The translations under genes and the position numbers were made by a program. The notes beneath the pieces are model-generated. The model did not search any database and was not told the DNA's origin. It saw only the letters and a program-made list of their open reading frames with translations. From a virus (taxonomy: Duplodnaviria; Caudoviricetes), in IMG/VR virus record IMGVR_UViG_3300028396_000009, positions 1 to 55,615 of that record: DNA of 55,615 bases; one strand, given 5' to 3'. Positions 9,631 to 18,841 of this stretch are shown here, piece after piece. How positions within the stretch are numbered: position 1 is the stretch's first letter; each line of letters begins with the position of its first letter.

Positions 9631-10014
9631 ATGAGTACAATTAACAACGGAATTAAACAAAACAAAATATCAGATGCGTCAATAACAAAACTAGACGGTA
9701 CTCGTTATGAAAATATTTTTAATGTAAACACCGTAGAGAAAAATGATAAGTCGTTTTATTTTTATAATACATTAAATAAAGTCAGCTTACCTAAAAATAT
9801 TGATGAAAGGTTTATCGATAAGCTAAGTCTCTCGTATGATACTCCATGGACAACACTAGCATTTAAAATATATAAAGATATTGATCTATGGTGGTTAATT
9901 GTACTACTTAACGAAGTAGATTATATTTTTATGGCAAAAGGTGGTAGGGAGTATAGCTTCATTAAGCCAGAGTATGTAGATTTAATAATAGGGCAAATAA
10001 GTACAAAGGCATAA
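9631..10014 (+). CDS. gp53: Baseplate wedge protein, LysM-like (gp53)
   Basis: 'DTPWTTLAFKIYKDIDLWWLIVLLN' matches the gp53 LysM-type motif. Confidence 0.75.
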   Translation: MSTINNGIKQNKISDASITKLDGTRYENIFNVNTVEKNDKSFYFYNTLNKVSLPKNIDERFIDKLSLSYDTPWTTLAFKIYKDIDLWWLIVLLNEVDYIFMAKGGREYSFIKPEYVDLIIGQISTKA

Positions 10015-10015
10015 G

Positions 10016-11593
10016 ATGCAGAGCGCAATTTTACAGGGTCAAGAGCTTAAGTTTAATTTAAGTATAATATCAGTAGATAATTCAGCTGACGGTAACAATG
10101 AGCTTATAGATGTGTCACCAGGTTCGCTAACGTATCTAGAGATTGAAGACAACTTATTGGATGCTGGTATGCGTGGTAGTATATCAATTAAAAATCCTAT
10201 GCAAATGTTGGATAGGGTAAAGGCTTTAAGTAAACCTGAGAATGTACTTTACTTAAATGTTAGTATTGAGGACCCTAGTTCAAGTCACCCAAATATAGAA
10301 GATAAAAAAGTAGAGTTTATAGCTCTATTAGAAAATAGCTCATCCATAACTAAGGATATTATTAATAACGAAATACTATTTAACTACGAAGAGGCTGCTA
10401 CAGCTATGCTTAAAAAGGTTTCACTTACTCAGATTTTAGGTAATAATTCTGGTAATAATGTCAATAGAGTAATAAGTGAGATGATATTCTATCTAATTGA
10501 GTTATGGGCCACTGGACTCGATCAACAGGGAGCAGAGATTTTAAGTGAAGCGTTCAATAAACAAAGTGGTGGTATTGGAAACCTTGCTTCCTTTTGGTTA
10601 GATGTAAATGATAGTGTTTATGATGTTCTTAAGAGACTATCCGAGAGTGTACAGATAGATGATAAGTTTTTACCTATTTTAAAAATTAAAAATGAATCTA
10701 AAGATGATAAACAAATTGACCGTAAGTTTACGTTTGATAAACTCTTTAGTGATAGGCATAGAGAGTTTATAACAGCAATTACAACTAATGCAGGCGGTGA
10801 CTTTAGTGATGTTTATGGTGAGGAATTTGTCCTTGCACCAGAAAAAGATAAATCTGGTGGTGTTAACTCGTCACCTATATTCAATACAGTGGAGAACTTT
10901 GAGTCTGTTAAGGTTGATATAGAGACTGCGAGAGAACAATATTGGGGTGACTATTCCCTTAACAATGGACCTATTGACCCTACTAAGACAGCTGTAGAGA
11001 TTCTAGATTTTGCTGAAATTGTAAGTAGTCTCGAAGAAGATGAATTTGGTGAAACAGAAGGAGTTTACAGTGCTATACCTATTCTTACGAAAAATCAGAA
11101 AAAGATATTTAAAGCAGATAAATCTGACAATACAGAAGAAGGTGCTACTGTACTACGTAACCACGCTCATAATATAGTAAAGCGTAGTTTCTTGTTCCTT
11201 AACGACTCTATTATATTCACTGTTAAAGGTAATATAGGTCGTAAACCTGGAATGTTTGTTACTATTAACGGAGGTGATGTGTTTGGTAGAACAGCGCCTG
11301 ATAATGTTTGGTTTATAGTTTCAGTAAAGCATATGTTTAAAGAGCTTAACTATGAGAATGAGATTGTAGCTGTAAAGCTGTTTGGTAATAAGGATGCATA
11401 CAATAATCTAGTAAGTGGTGACGCTACGGCCCCAGCTACTAACAGACCTGCGTCTCCACCACCAGCCATAAAGACACCGGAAACAGTAACTAACAATATA
11501 AATAATGTAAAACCTAAAGTCGGTAAACCAGCAACAATGTATGTACCAAGTGGTACAGGTTATACAAAGGTTGACGCAACCACACAACAATAA
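10016..11593 (+). CDS. Baseplate hub protein (gp27-like)
   Basis: N-term 'LEIEDNLLDAGMRGSISI', C-term 'FTVKGNIGRKPGMFVTI...WFIVSVKHMF' fit the gp27/hub fold. Confidence 0.65.
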   Translation: MQSAILQGQELKFNLSIISVDNSADGNNELIDVSPGSLTYLEIEDNLLDAGMRGSISIKNPMQMLDRVKALSKPENVLYLNVSIEDPSSSHPNIEDKKVEFIALLENSSSITKDIINNEILFNYEEAATAMLKKVSLTQILGNNSGNNVNRVISEMIFYLIELWATGLDQQGAEILSEAFNKQSGGIGNLASFWLDVNDSVYDVLKRLSESVQIDDKFLPILKIKNESKDDKQIDRKFTFDKLFSDRHREFITAITTNAGGDFSDVYGEEFVLAPEKDKSGGVNSSPIFNTVENFESVKVDIETAREQYWGDYSLNNGPIDPTKTAVEILDFAEIVSSLEEDEFGETEGVYSAIPILTKNQKKIFKADKSDNTEEGATVLRNHAHNIVKRSFLFLNDSIIFTVKGNIGRKPGMFVTINGGDVFGRTAPDNVWFIVSVKHMFKELNYENEIVAVKLFGNKDAYNNLVSGDATAPATNRPASPPPAIKTPETVTNNINNVKPKVGKPATMYVPSGTGYTKVDATTQQ

Positions 11594-11596
11594 TAT

Positions 11597-13843
11597 ATGG
11601 TAATTTATGGAAATAACTTAGCTGAAAAGCTATTCGGTGTTGCACTAAGTAAAGATTACTTACGCTACGCAACACCATACTGTGAGCTTGTAGATGATCC
11701 AGACTTTGCAGTAGATATAAATTTAGCAGTAGATCTTAATTCAGCTCTAGAAGGTGATCGTGTGGCTGCAAGAAGGTTAGTTGAAACCTTAGTGTTAAAT
11801 AGCGCAATGTTAGATTGGTCAACAATTAATTTCTATGTTGATAAGATGACACCGCACCCGTATTTTCAAGGTGAAATAGCTAGAATAAATAGTATATTCA
11901 ATGATCCTAACTACCCTAATTTCAGAGTAGCTGATACTGGTGAGAGTGGTACAAGTAGCTTTAAAGAGGCATTAAAGGATGCAGCAAGCGATTGTCTCAA
12001 TTCACCGTGTAATGTATTTAGTGCAACATCAGACAGTATAGGTAGGTTAGCTCAAACTGCAGCAAATAAAAACAGTCAGAACACATTCGATTTAGGTGAT
12101 TTAAAAGATACTGCTACAAACGTGTTTGGTGGTGTAGATCAAGCAATTTTTAATAATATACCTGCAGCGTTCCAAGAGGGTATTATAGAGGTAACATCAA
12201 CAGCAAAGCAAGCGTGGACAAATACCCAAGCTATCATGATGGGGAAGGATAATATTGCTGAGGCTACTAAAAATGCTTTAGAGAATGGTAGTATGAGATC
12301 CACAATTGATAAAATTCTTGACTATACACCTGATGTTAAAAGTTTTTTTGATTTAGATCAAATAAGTGGTACTTTACTAGCAGAAATCTCTGACTCATTA
12401 GGTGGGTGCTTTGATAAATTTCAACACGCTGCAAGATATAATCCTTATAGTGATAATAACAGCGTACCACTAGGTGTTACTATAGGTCAAGTAAACGGGG
12501 TACCATACTCTGCTAGTCCGGGTGGTGTTTGGAAGCCTGCTGGTGTATCCATGCAAGCAGCTGACGATTGTACAAACCTTACTGGGTCACAGTCTGTAGC
12601 ACCCCCACCGAGTGATGGTAGTGTTGATCCAGCTAGCTTCAACCGGATTGAGGTTACCGCGGGTGATGAGATTAGTGAAGATAAAGCATACTGGATATCG
12701 AAACCAGCTACAAAACGAGATGAAGATAAAGAAACATCGTGGCCGGCATTTGGACAGCTAGGTTGGGATAAGGCGAATAAGGCTATATACCCGTCTCCAA
12801 AAGCACTTGAAAAGTGGGTTGACGCTTCTGATGCTTCTGCGGAAGGTAAAGCGTTAAAGGGTGAAGTAAAGCTTAAGGAACGTGAACGTAAAGCAAACAA
12901 AAATAGCTTGAGTTCAGAGTATGTTGTTACGTTTACAAATTCCGATTGGGAGATACCTACAGTAGAAGAAGATTTCTGCCTACCAATCGAAGAGATGCGA
13001 CCAGGTGTATGGCCGTATGATGGTATAGCAATTAGTGATCGTATTGTAAAAGATCTATCTGTTGAATCTGGGTTATCAAAATTAGATTACGGTGTAAGTG
13101 TACAGAAAGCAATAGATGATAACAAACTATTTCTTGTAGTACGACGAGTAGGTGAGTGTGCTAAGATTATACGAGTAGTGGTGTATAAAGAGGATTATGA
13201 AGCAGCTTGGGGAATTGCACCATTCACATACAAATTTATCTATGGTGAATGGCCACAGGGGTCGAAGAATGAAGAGTATAGTAATAAAAGTGCAGTAAAG
13301 GAAGCAGGCTTTACAGTTTATAACTTAAAGCATGTACATGCAGGTGATACAGAAATTCGTGTCGCAATAGGTGACTACGAAGATATAAGAGAGGCTGTAA
13401 CAGCCAGCATACCTTGTGGTGAAATACAAGACAGTAGTGGCTGGCGTGATTATCTGCAGATAATTAACCCTGGTATGTTGAGTCCGTTAATTATCGGCGA
13501 AGGTGGTTCAAGGCAAGAGAAAGAAGATCGTGCCATAGGTCTCTTAAACCCTCTTTTAGTTCAAAAATTAATTGAGTTGAGTAAAGAGGTTGGAACAAAG
13601 ATACAAATGACATCAGGTCGTAGAACGAAAGAGTATATGTTCGCAACCGGTCAGGGTAAATCCTTTAGACCGGGATCGCAGCACAATTTAGGTAAAGCTG
13701 CAGATATTAAATTTACTGGTATAGGTATAAGCCGACTTGATCAGGCAGCCACTAAGATTGGATTTACAGGTATAGGAAGATATAGTACTTTCTTACATGT
13801 TGATGTTAGGCGACCTCCTGGTAGTCGTGTTTCGAGATGGTAA
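11597..13843 (+). CDS. Large baseplate-associated protein with C-terminal peptidase M15 (peptidoglycan hydrolase) domain
   Basis: C-term 'MTSGRRT...SQHNLGKAADI...GIGRYSTFLHVDVR' carries the M15 Zn-binding H-x6-D and HxD motifs; located right after the hub gene. Confidence 0.75.
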   Translation: MVIYGNNLAEKLFGVALSKDYLRYATPYCELVDDPDFAVDINLAVDLNSALEGDRVAARRLVETLVLNSAMLDWSTINFYVDKMTPHPYFQGEIARINSIFNDPNYPNFRVADTGESGTSSFKEALKDAASDCLNSPCNVFSATSDSIGRLAQTAANKNSQNTFDLGDLKDTATNVFGGVDQAIFNNIPAAFQEGIIEVTSTAKQAWTNTQAIMMGKDNIAEATKNALENGSMRSTIDKILDYTPDVKSFFDLDQISGTLLAEISDSLGGCFDKFQHAARYNPYSDNNSVPLGVTIGQVNGVPYSASPGGVWKPAGVSMQAADDCTNLTGSQSVAPPPSDGSVDPASFNRIEVTAGDEISEDKAYWISKPATKRDEDKETSWPAFGQLGWDKANKAIYPSPKALEKWVDASDASAEGKALKGEVKLKERERKANKNSLSSEYVVTFTNSDWEIPTVEEDFCLPIEEMRPGVWPYDGIAISDRIVKDLSVESGLSKLDYGVSVQKAIDDNKLFLVVRRVGECAKIIRVVVYKEDYEAAWGIAPFTYKFIYGEWPQGSKNEEYSNKSAVKEAGFTVYNLKHVHAGDTEIRVAIGDYEDIREAVTASIPCGEIQDSSGWRDYLQIINPGMLSPLIIGEGGSRQEKEDRAIGLLNPLLVQKLIELSKEVGTKIQMTSGRRTKEYMFATGQGKSFRPGSQHNLGKAADIKFTGIGISRLDQAATKIGFTGIGRYSTFLHVDVRRPPGSRVSRW

Positions 13844-13850
13844 TAAAAAT

Positions 13851-14294
13851 TTATACATCAACAATATCTTCACCCTCTTCATCCATTAGAGCTTTCATAA
13901 TATCGTCTCTTGAGAGAAGAACCTTTGTCTGATTATCAGCGATATTCATTCGCTCCTTGGCTTCAACATCTATTTGCTTAATTTCCTTCTTAACCTTATT
14001 ACCTTCTTTAGAGGTATGGAGTTTATTAAGAGTATCTATAGCTCCAGTTGAAGCTCTAATTAATTCAGCTAGTGATGCTACATCTCTATTCTCTGGAGCA
14101 GAAGATATGTAGTCTTTTACATTTTCTACCATATCGATAGAAGTATTAACAAGTGCGCTTGTCTTATTAACAATAAACTCTTCCAGCTTATCAGGATCAA
14201 GTACTTCTTCTACTTTTTTAATTTCTGAAGTAGTAGCTTTATGGTCTTTGATTTGTGATAAAATATCATCAACAGCATCATCGATTTCACTCAT
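13851..14294 (-). CDS. Probable terminase small subunit (gp16-like)
   Basis: 'ENRDVASLAELIRASTGAIDTLNKLH' and 'NQTKVLLSRDDIMKAL' parallel T4-like gp16 motifs. Start placed at ATG 14294 because ATTAAATA lies 5 nt upstream. Confidence 0.6.
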   Translation of the reverse strand: MSEIDDAVDDILSQIKDHKATTSEIKKVEEVLDPDKLEEFIVNKTSALVNTSIDMVENVKDYISSAPENRDVASLAELIRASTGAIDTLNKLHTSKEGNKVKKEIKQIDVEAKERMNIADNQTKVLLSRDDIMKALMDEEGEDIVDV

Positions 14295-14299
14295 ACACA

Positions 14300-14307
14300 T
14301 ATTTAAT
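14300..14307 (-). promoter_or_regulatory. T4-late-type promoter (ATTAAATA)
   Basis: 5 nt before ATG 14294 on the minus strand. Confidence 0.6.
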
Positions 14308-14314
14308 CTTATAG

Positions 14315-14342
14315 TTGACTTTTTCTATATATATGGTATAAT
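14315..14342 (+). promoter_or_regulatory. Sigma70-type early promoter for dut operon
   Basis: TTGACT-N16-TATAAT with extended -10 (TGn), 9 nt before ATG 14352. Confidence 0.75.
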
Positions 14343-14351
14343 ACTACGTAT

Positions 14352-14774
14352 ATGGAATTAAGATTTGAAAAAACTAATAGTGAAGCGCTATTACCTTGTA
14401 AGAATCATGATAATGATACTGGTCTAGATGTAGCTTCTGTTGTTGATATTACTATCCCTGCAAAAGGCTCGGCTGTAGTAGATGTTGGACTTAAGTTTAG
14501 CTATATTGAGCCTGGTTATTGGGTTAAGATTGAAGGTAGATCTGGTCTTGGGTTTAAGCATGGTATTATGCCTCATCCAGGGATTATTGATGAAGGTTAT
14601 CGCGGTGATGCAGGTGTAAAGCTTTATAACCTAACTGATAAGGATTATAATGTCAAGGCTGGTGATAGAATTGCACAGTTTGTAGTTTATACTAACCACC
14701 CTGTAGATGTTACTGAAGGAACTGTTGTAAACTCAGATAGAGGTGATAAAGGCTTTGGATCATCTGGTAAATAA
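14352..14774 (+). CDS. dut: Trimeric dUTPase
   Basis: Motifs TGLD, GRSGLG, GIIDEGYRG, GDRIAQ, RGDKGFGSSG. Confidence 0.97.
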   Translation: MELRFEKTNSEALLPCKNHDNDTGLDVASVVDITIPAKGSAVVDVGLKFSYIEPGYWVKIEGRSGLGFKHGIMPHPGIIDEGYRGDAGVKLYNLTDKDYNVKAGDRIAQFVVYTNHPVDVTEGTVVNSDRGDKGFGSSGK

Positions 14775-14785
14775 CTTTAAAGATT

Positions 14786-14899
14786 ATGGCAAAACAAAAA
14801 AGACAGATAGTACGAGAAAAGACGGTAGGTAATAAAACTATCAGAAAAACTATAACGACTACAGTCAAGACAAATAGTAAAAAGCGCAAAAAGCGATAA
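14786..14899 (+). CDS. Small, highly basic hypothetical protein (37 aa; below ORF-track cut-off)
   Basis: MAKQKRQIVREKTVGNKTIRKTITTTVKTNSKKRKKR; fills the dut-gp44 gap and its TAA overlaps the next ATG (TAATG). Confidence 0.7.
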   Translation: MAKQKRQIVREKTVGNKTIRKTITTTVKTNSKKRKKR

Positions 14900-15822
14900 T
14901 GATTGAATTCGATAAAATATGGGTTGAAAAATATAGACCTCAAAAGCTTGATGACCTCATCTTAGATGAGCAGTCGCTGAAGGTTGTTAGTCAGTTTACT
15001 GATGAGATTCCTAACTTACTGTTTACTGGTAATCCAGGTACTGGTAAGACGACCTTAGCTAGGATTATTGTTAATGATATTCTAGGTTGTAATTATCTAT
15101 ATATTAATGCATCTGATGAATCTGGTATTGATACTATCAGACATAATATTACTAACTTTGCTCAGACTAAGTCATTTGACGGTGGTATTAAAGTAGTAAT
15201 ACTAGACGAGGCTGACGGTCTAACCTCTCAGGCACAGGGAGCATTGCGTAATACTATGGAGACGTACGCTAAGTACTGTCGCTTTATTCTTACTGCTAAC
15301 TATAAGCATAAGATCATTCCAGCTCTGCAATCTAGGTGTCAATCACTCGACTTAAAACCTGTAATTGATCAGGCTGTTAAGAGGTGTTATAGTATTCTAC
15401 AGCAAGAGCAGGTTACTATTTCTGAAGATCAGAAGAAGCAGTTTGTAATGCTTGTTAAGAGATACTTTCCTGACTTGCGTAAAACTATTAATGAACTACA
15501 GAAAAGTGTAGTCGGTGGTGAACTGCATATCAATAATACTCAGTCAGATGAAGCATTACTCAAGACTATCTTTGAAAAGGTAACCTCAAAGAATACTTTA
15601 GAGCTAAGAAAGTATCTAATTGAGAATGAAGACAGGTTTCAAGGTGATTATGACACCCTAATGGCTAACTTCCTAGATTATCTCTATGAACAACCTCTTA
15701 ACGATATTAAAAAGAAAGAGATGATCGCTGTAATAGCAGATCATCTCTATAAGACAAGCTTTGTAGTTGATAAGGAAATTAACTGCTTTGCTTGTTGGAT
15801 TAATCTAGAAAAGATTAATTAA
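14899..15822 (+). CDS. gp44: Sliding clamp loader, AAA+ subunit
   Basis: WVEKYRP, Walker A GNPGTGKT, NASD, Walker B ILDEAD, LQSRC. Confidence 0.95.
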   Translation: MIEFDKIWVEKYRPQKLDDLILDEQSLKVVSQFTDEIPNLLFTGNPGTGKTTLARIIVNDILGCNYLYINASDESGIDTIRHNITNFAQTKSFDGGIKVVILDEADGLTSQAQGALRNTMETYAKYCRFILTANYKHKIIPALQSRCQSLDLKPVIDQAVKRCYSILQQEQVTISEDQKKQFVMLVKRYFPDLRKTINELQKSVVGGELHINNTQSDEALLKTIFEKVTSKNTLELRKYLIENEDRFQGDYDTLMANFLDYLYEQPLNDIKKKEMIAVIADHLYKTSFVVDKEINCFACWINLEKIN

Positions 15823-16409
15823 CCTTTTAAACCACTCAGGTAATCCTTCGTGTATGCATTAACTTCCATTGATGGAGTTACTGCTGCCGAAGGAATTTCT
15901 GTGTTATCAGTAGGTAGTTTAAGCTCTGTTTGACTAAGCTCACCGTTACCAGTATCAGTCTTGTTTGACAAGTTCTCTTCGTCTTCAGTTACTTCTTCTG
16001 GCTTAATATTGACCTTATCCTTACGATACAGGCTATCAGGAATTGGATCTAATCCTGGGTAAGCAGACTCACCTGGTTGACCTAAGCAACAAGGTATTGA
16101 GCAATGATGCGTAACTCTACCACCAGTATTATCAAGTGCGATATTAAGTACAGGCGATAGAGAACCACCATCACTATTAGCAGGATAACGTTGTGGAGAC
16201 TCATCTTTGATACCTACAACACGAATAAGAAGACCTGACTCAATCATCTCATCGATCATATCTTTAATGTTCTGGCCTAACGCCTTATATTCATCATGAC
16301 TCTTAAAGTTATCATCAAACTCAAAAATATCACCTACTAAAAAACCACCACGTTCAAATCTCTTCATATAAGACTCGAGAAGGGGCATAAATTTCTTTTG
16401 CTTAGCCAT
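15819..16409 (-). CDS. Hypothetical late protein, possible internal head protein
   Basis: 196-aa ORF; CATAAATA 5 nt upstream; N-term 'KKFMPLLE'. Confidence 0.6.
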   Translation of the reverse strand: MAKQKKFMPLLESYMKRFERGGFLVGDIFEFDDNFKSHDEYKALGQNIKDMIDEMIESGLLIRVVGIKDESPQRYPANSDGGSLSPVLNIALDNTGGRVTHHCSIPCCLGQPGESAYPGLDPIPDSLYRKDKVNIKPEEVTEDEENLSNKTDTGNGELSQTELKLPTDNTEIPSAAVTPSMEVNAYTKDYLSGLKG

Positions 16410-16414
16410 AACAT

Positions 16415-16422
16415 TATTTATG
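16415..16422 (-). promoter_or_regulatory. T4-late-type promoter (CATAAATA)
   Basis: 5 nt before ATG 16409. Confidence 0.65.
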
Positions 16423-16436
16423 CTTATTTGGTGAGA

Positions 16437-16483
16437 TTTATATGGAAAGTTTTGTTTTTATAAAAAAGAATGTTACATATAAA
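16437..16483. repeat. Imperfect AT-rich inverted repeat between divergent promoters
   Basis: Left arm TTTATATGGAAAGTTTTGTTTTTA vs reverse complement of right arm TTTATATGTAACATTCTTTTTTA, centred at 16460/16461. Confidence 0.55.
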
Positions 16484-16507
16484 AACTGTTGAAAGGTGAT
16501 AGGTTGT

Positions 16508-16515
16508 ATTAAATA
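16508..16515 (+). promoter_or_regulatory. T4-late-type promoter (ATTAAATA)
   Basis: 5 nt before GTG 16521. Confidence 0.65.
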
Positions 16516-16520
16516 TAGTT

Positions 16521-17003
16521 GTGATTGAATTAGATGTATTAAAACAATCTAAAGCTGATGAACGTGCTCTAGAGAAAGGATACCTTTATAAGGATATAAG
16601 GCTCGATCTAGAGTTTTCACGTTATTTAGGAAGAGAACTTTATGCAGTTTCAGAACCTAAGGATTTAGCCGAATTACAAGACGCAGAAGCAGTTTTTAAT
16701 TCAATAAAAAATATAATGACAACTACCCCAGGTGAAAAGCTTCTTAACCCTAGATTTGGGTTAGATCTTAGAAGTTACCTATTTGAGCCTGTAACTACAA
16801 CAACTTCTTATTTTATAGCTACAGATATATATAATAATCTTGGTGTATACGAGCCTAGGCTTGAATTAAACGGGGTTAGTGTTACGGGTGCGCCAGATGA
16901 AGGGGAATATTATATTAATATAGTATTTTCTATACCTTCTTTAGATATTTACAATTTAAACTTGAAAGCAACATTAAATAGAGATGGATATGTAGTAGTA
17001 TGA
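16521..17003 (+). CDS. gp25: Baseplate wedge subunit
   Basis: 'YKDIRLDL', 'SIKNIMTTTPGEKLLNPRFG', 'LFEP', 'YEPR'. Confidence 0.92.
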   Translation: MIELDVLKQSKADERALEKGYLYKDIRLDLEFSRYLGRELYAVSEPKDLAELQDAEAVFNSIKNIMTTTPGEKLLNPRFGLDLRSYLFEPVTTTTSYFIATDIYNNLGVYEPRLELNGVSVTGAPDEGEYYINIVFSIPSLDIYNLNLKATLNRDGYVVV

Positions 17004-18826
17004 GCCTAGAAAATTTTACAGACTTTAAATTACCGAAGAACGCTTACTTAAGCTTTGATGCAAACTCTCTCAAAGAGTTAATTATTGAAAGGCTTAACGA
17101 AAACGAGGAGTTCACAGATCAAAACTTTGAAGGTTCAAACTTTAATGCTTTTATTGATGTTGTTGCTTATATGTATCATGTGTTGCTGTTTTATTTAAAC
17201 ACTACATCAAACGAAAGCACATTTACAACTGCTACTATTTACGAAAATATGAGTAAGTTGGTCTCAAGTATAGGTTACAAACCTCTAGGAGATCAAACTT
17301 CAATTTTAACAGTAGATATCACAGCTCAAAACATAATCGCTGGTGCGTATGTTTTACCTAAATTTTCATTTATTAATGTGAGTGGTAATAGCTATTACGC
17401 ACTTAAGGATATAGAATTTGAAAAGGTATCTGATAATACTGTCGAAACCTTAGAGCTAAGCAACAACCTACTACATCAGGGTACCCTAAAAGAGGCTACG
17501 TTTACTGCTGTTGGAGAAAGTTATGAAACTATCACTCTTATTGATTCGTACACATCACCACAACTAACCGAATCAGCGAAGCAGGTAAAGGAAAGTAAGT
17601 TTATTGCTGATAATACATTTAGTGTTTATGTACAAGACAGTGTGACCGGTAACTGGTCTGAGTGGCAAGAAGCTACATCTTTATTTTTAGAAGATCCAGC
17701 GAGTAAAAAATACGAAAAGCGCTTAAATCATAGTGGTAATTATGAGTTTAAATTTGGTGACAGTAATAACGGTAGATCATTAAACGAAGGTGATAAGGTA
17801 GTATTATTCTATATTGTCTCAGACAACGATGCAGGTGTTGTTGGTGCTAATAGTGCTGATAATCAGAGCCCTGTATTGTATACGTCTAGTAACTGGCAAG
17901 ATATATATACAGATTTATATAGTGATCTTAATTCTATTACATCCTCTACACTACCTAATCTACTAGTAACTAATGAGTTTGCATCAACACCTATTAAATC
18001 TGCTGAAACAGTAGAGCAGATAAAACAAACAGCTCCAAAAATATTTGAAACGCAAGATAGGTTAGTTAATAAATCAGACTATGAATCACACATCAATAGA
18101 CACTTCGGTAATGTAACGCGTAATGTTAAAGTGCTTTCTAATGAAGATTATACATCACAGGTTTTATTCTACTATAATAACATAGGTGTAAAACGTGGTA
18201 TTGATGATACAAGGACATTACTTGCACAAGTAAACTTCTCAACGTCTACAAACTTTAACAACATATACGTTTATACTGTACGTACTAATCAGCCAATAAT
18301 AAATGAGACTCTTCCAAACTACCTAAATGAGGGTCAGAAGAGATTAATCATCGATTATTGTAATCAGAAAAAAGATATAACTCATAATGTTGTTATATCT
18401 GATCCGATATTTAAAGCATTTAGTTTTGGTGTCGGTGAAATTACAGATAGCTCTTCTGTAGATAGTATATTACGTGAATCGGGTATACGTGTAACAGTTG
18501 ATAGAAATATCGCGGTTAGCGATGCGTCAATTAAATCAAAAATATTTAATATTTTTAAAGTAGCTTTCGATTCCCTCGATTTAGGTAGTCTTGTTGATAT
18601 ATCACAAATATCTAAGGATATTCTTAATATAGATGGTATAGAAGGTCTAGAGACAGTTAACGGTAATAACGTTACACCTAACCTTTCATTTATTATATGG
18701 AATCCAGATTATAAGGATATAGATAGTGTTGTATTGGCACGAGACTATAAACTAAAGAATTTTGAATACGCATACTTTTATCAAGTTTCAGATATAACAA
18801 ATAAAATAACTATACGTAGAGTTTAG
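17000..18826 (+). CDS. gp6: Baseplate wedge subunit
   Basis: 'FTDQNFEGSN', 'NESTFTTA', 'IGYKP', 'EFKFGD', 'ETVEQIKQTAP...QDRLVNKSDY'. Confidence 0.92.
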   Translation: MSLENFTDFKLPKNAYLSFDANSLKELIIERLNENEEFTDQNFEGSNFNAFIDVVAYMYHVLLFYLNTTSNESTFTTATIYENMSKLVSSIGYKPLGDQTSILTVDITAQNIIAGAYVLPKFSFINVSGNSYYALKDIEFEKVSDNTVETLELSNNLLHQGTLKEATFTAVGESYETITLIDSYTSPQLTESAKQVKESKFIADNTFSVYVQDSVTGNWSEWQEATSLFLEDPASKKYEKRLNHSGNYEFKFGDSNNGRSLNEGDKVVLFYIVSDNDAGVVGANSADNQSPVLYTSSNWQDIYTDLYSDLNSITSSTLPNLLVTNEFASTPIKSAETVEQIKQTAPKIFETQDRLVNKSDYESHINRHFGNVTRNVKVLSNEDYTSQVLFYYNNIGVKRGIDDTRTLLAQVNFSTSTNFNNIYVYTVRTNQPIINETLPNYLNEGQKRLIIDYCNQKKDITHNVVISDPIFKAFSFGVGEITDSSSVDSILRESGIRVTVDRNIAVSDASIKSKIFNIFKVAFDSLDLGSLVDISQISKDILNIDGIEGLETVNGNNVTPNLSFIIWNPDYKDIDSVVLARDYKLKNFEYAYFYQVSDITNKITIRRV

Positions 18827-18827
18827 T

Positions 18828-18835
18828 TATAAATA
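18828..18835 (+). promoter_or_regulatory. T4 late promoter TATAAATA
   Basis: Exact consensus 6 nt before ATG 18842. Confidence 0.75.
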
Positions 18836-18841
18836 ATACAT

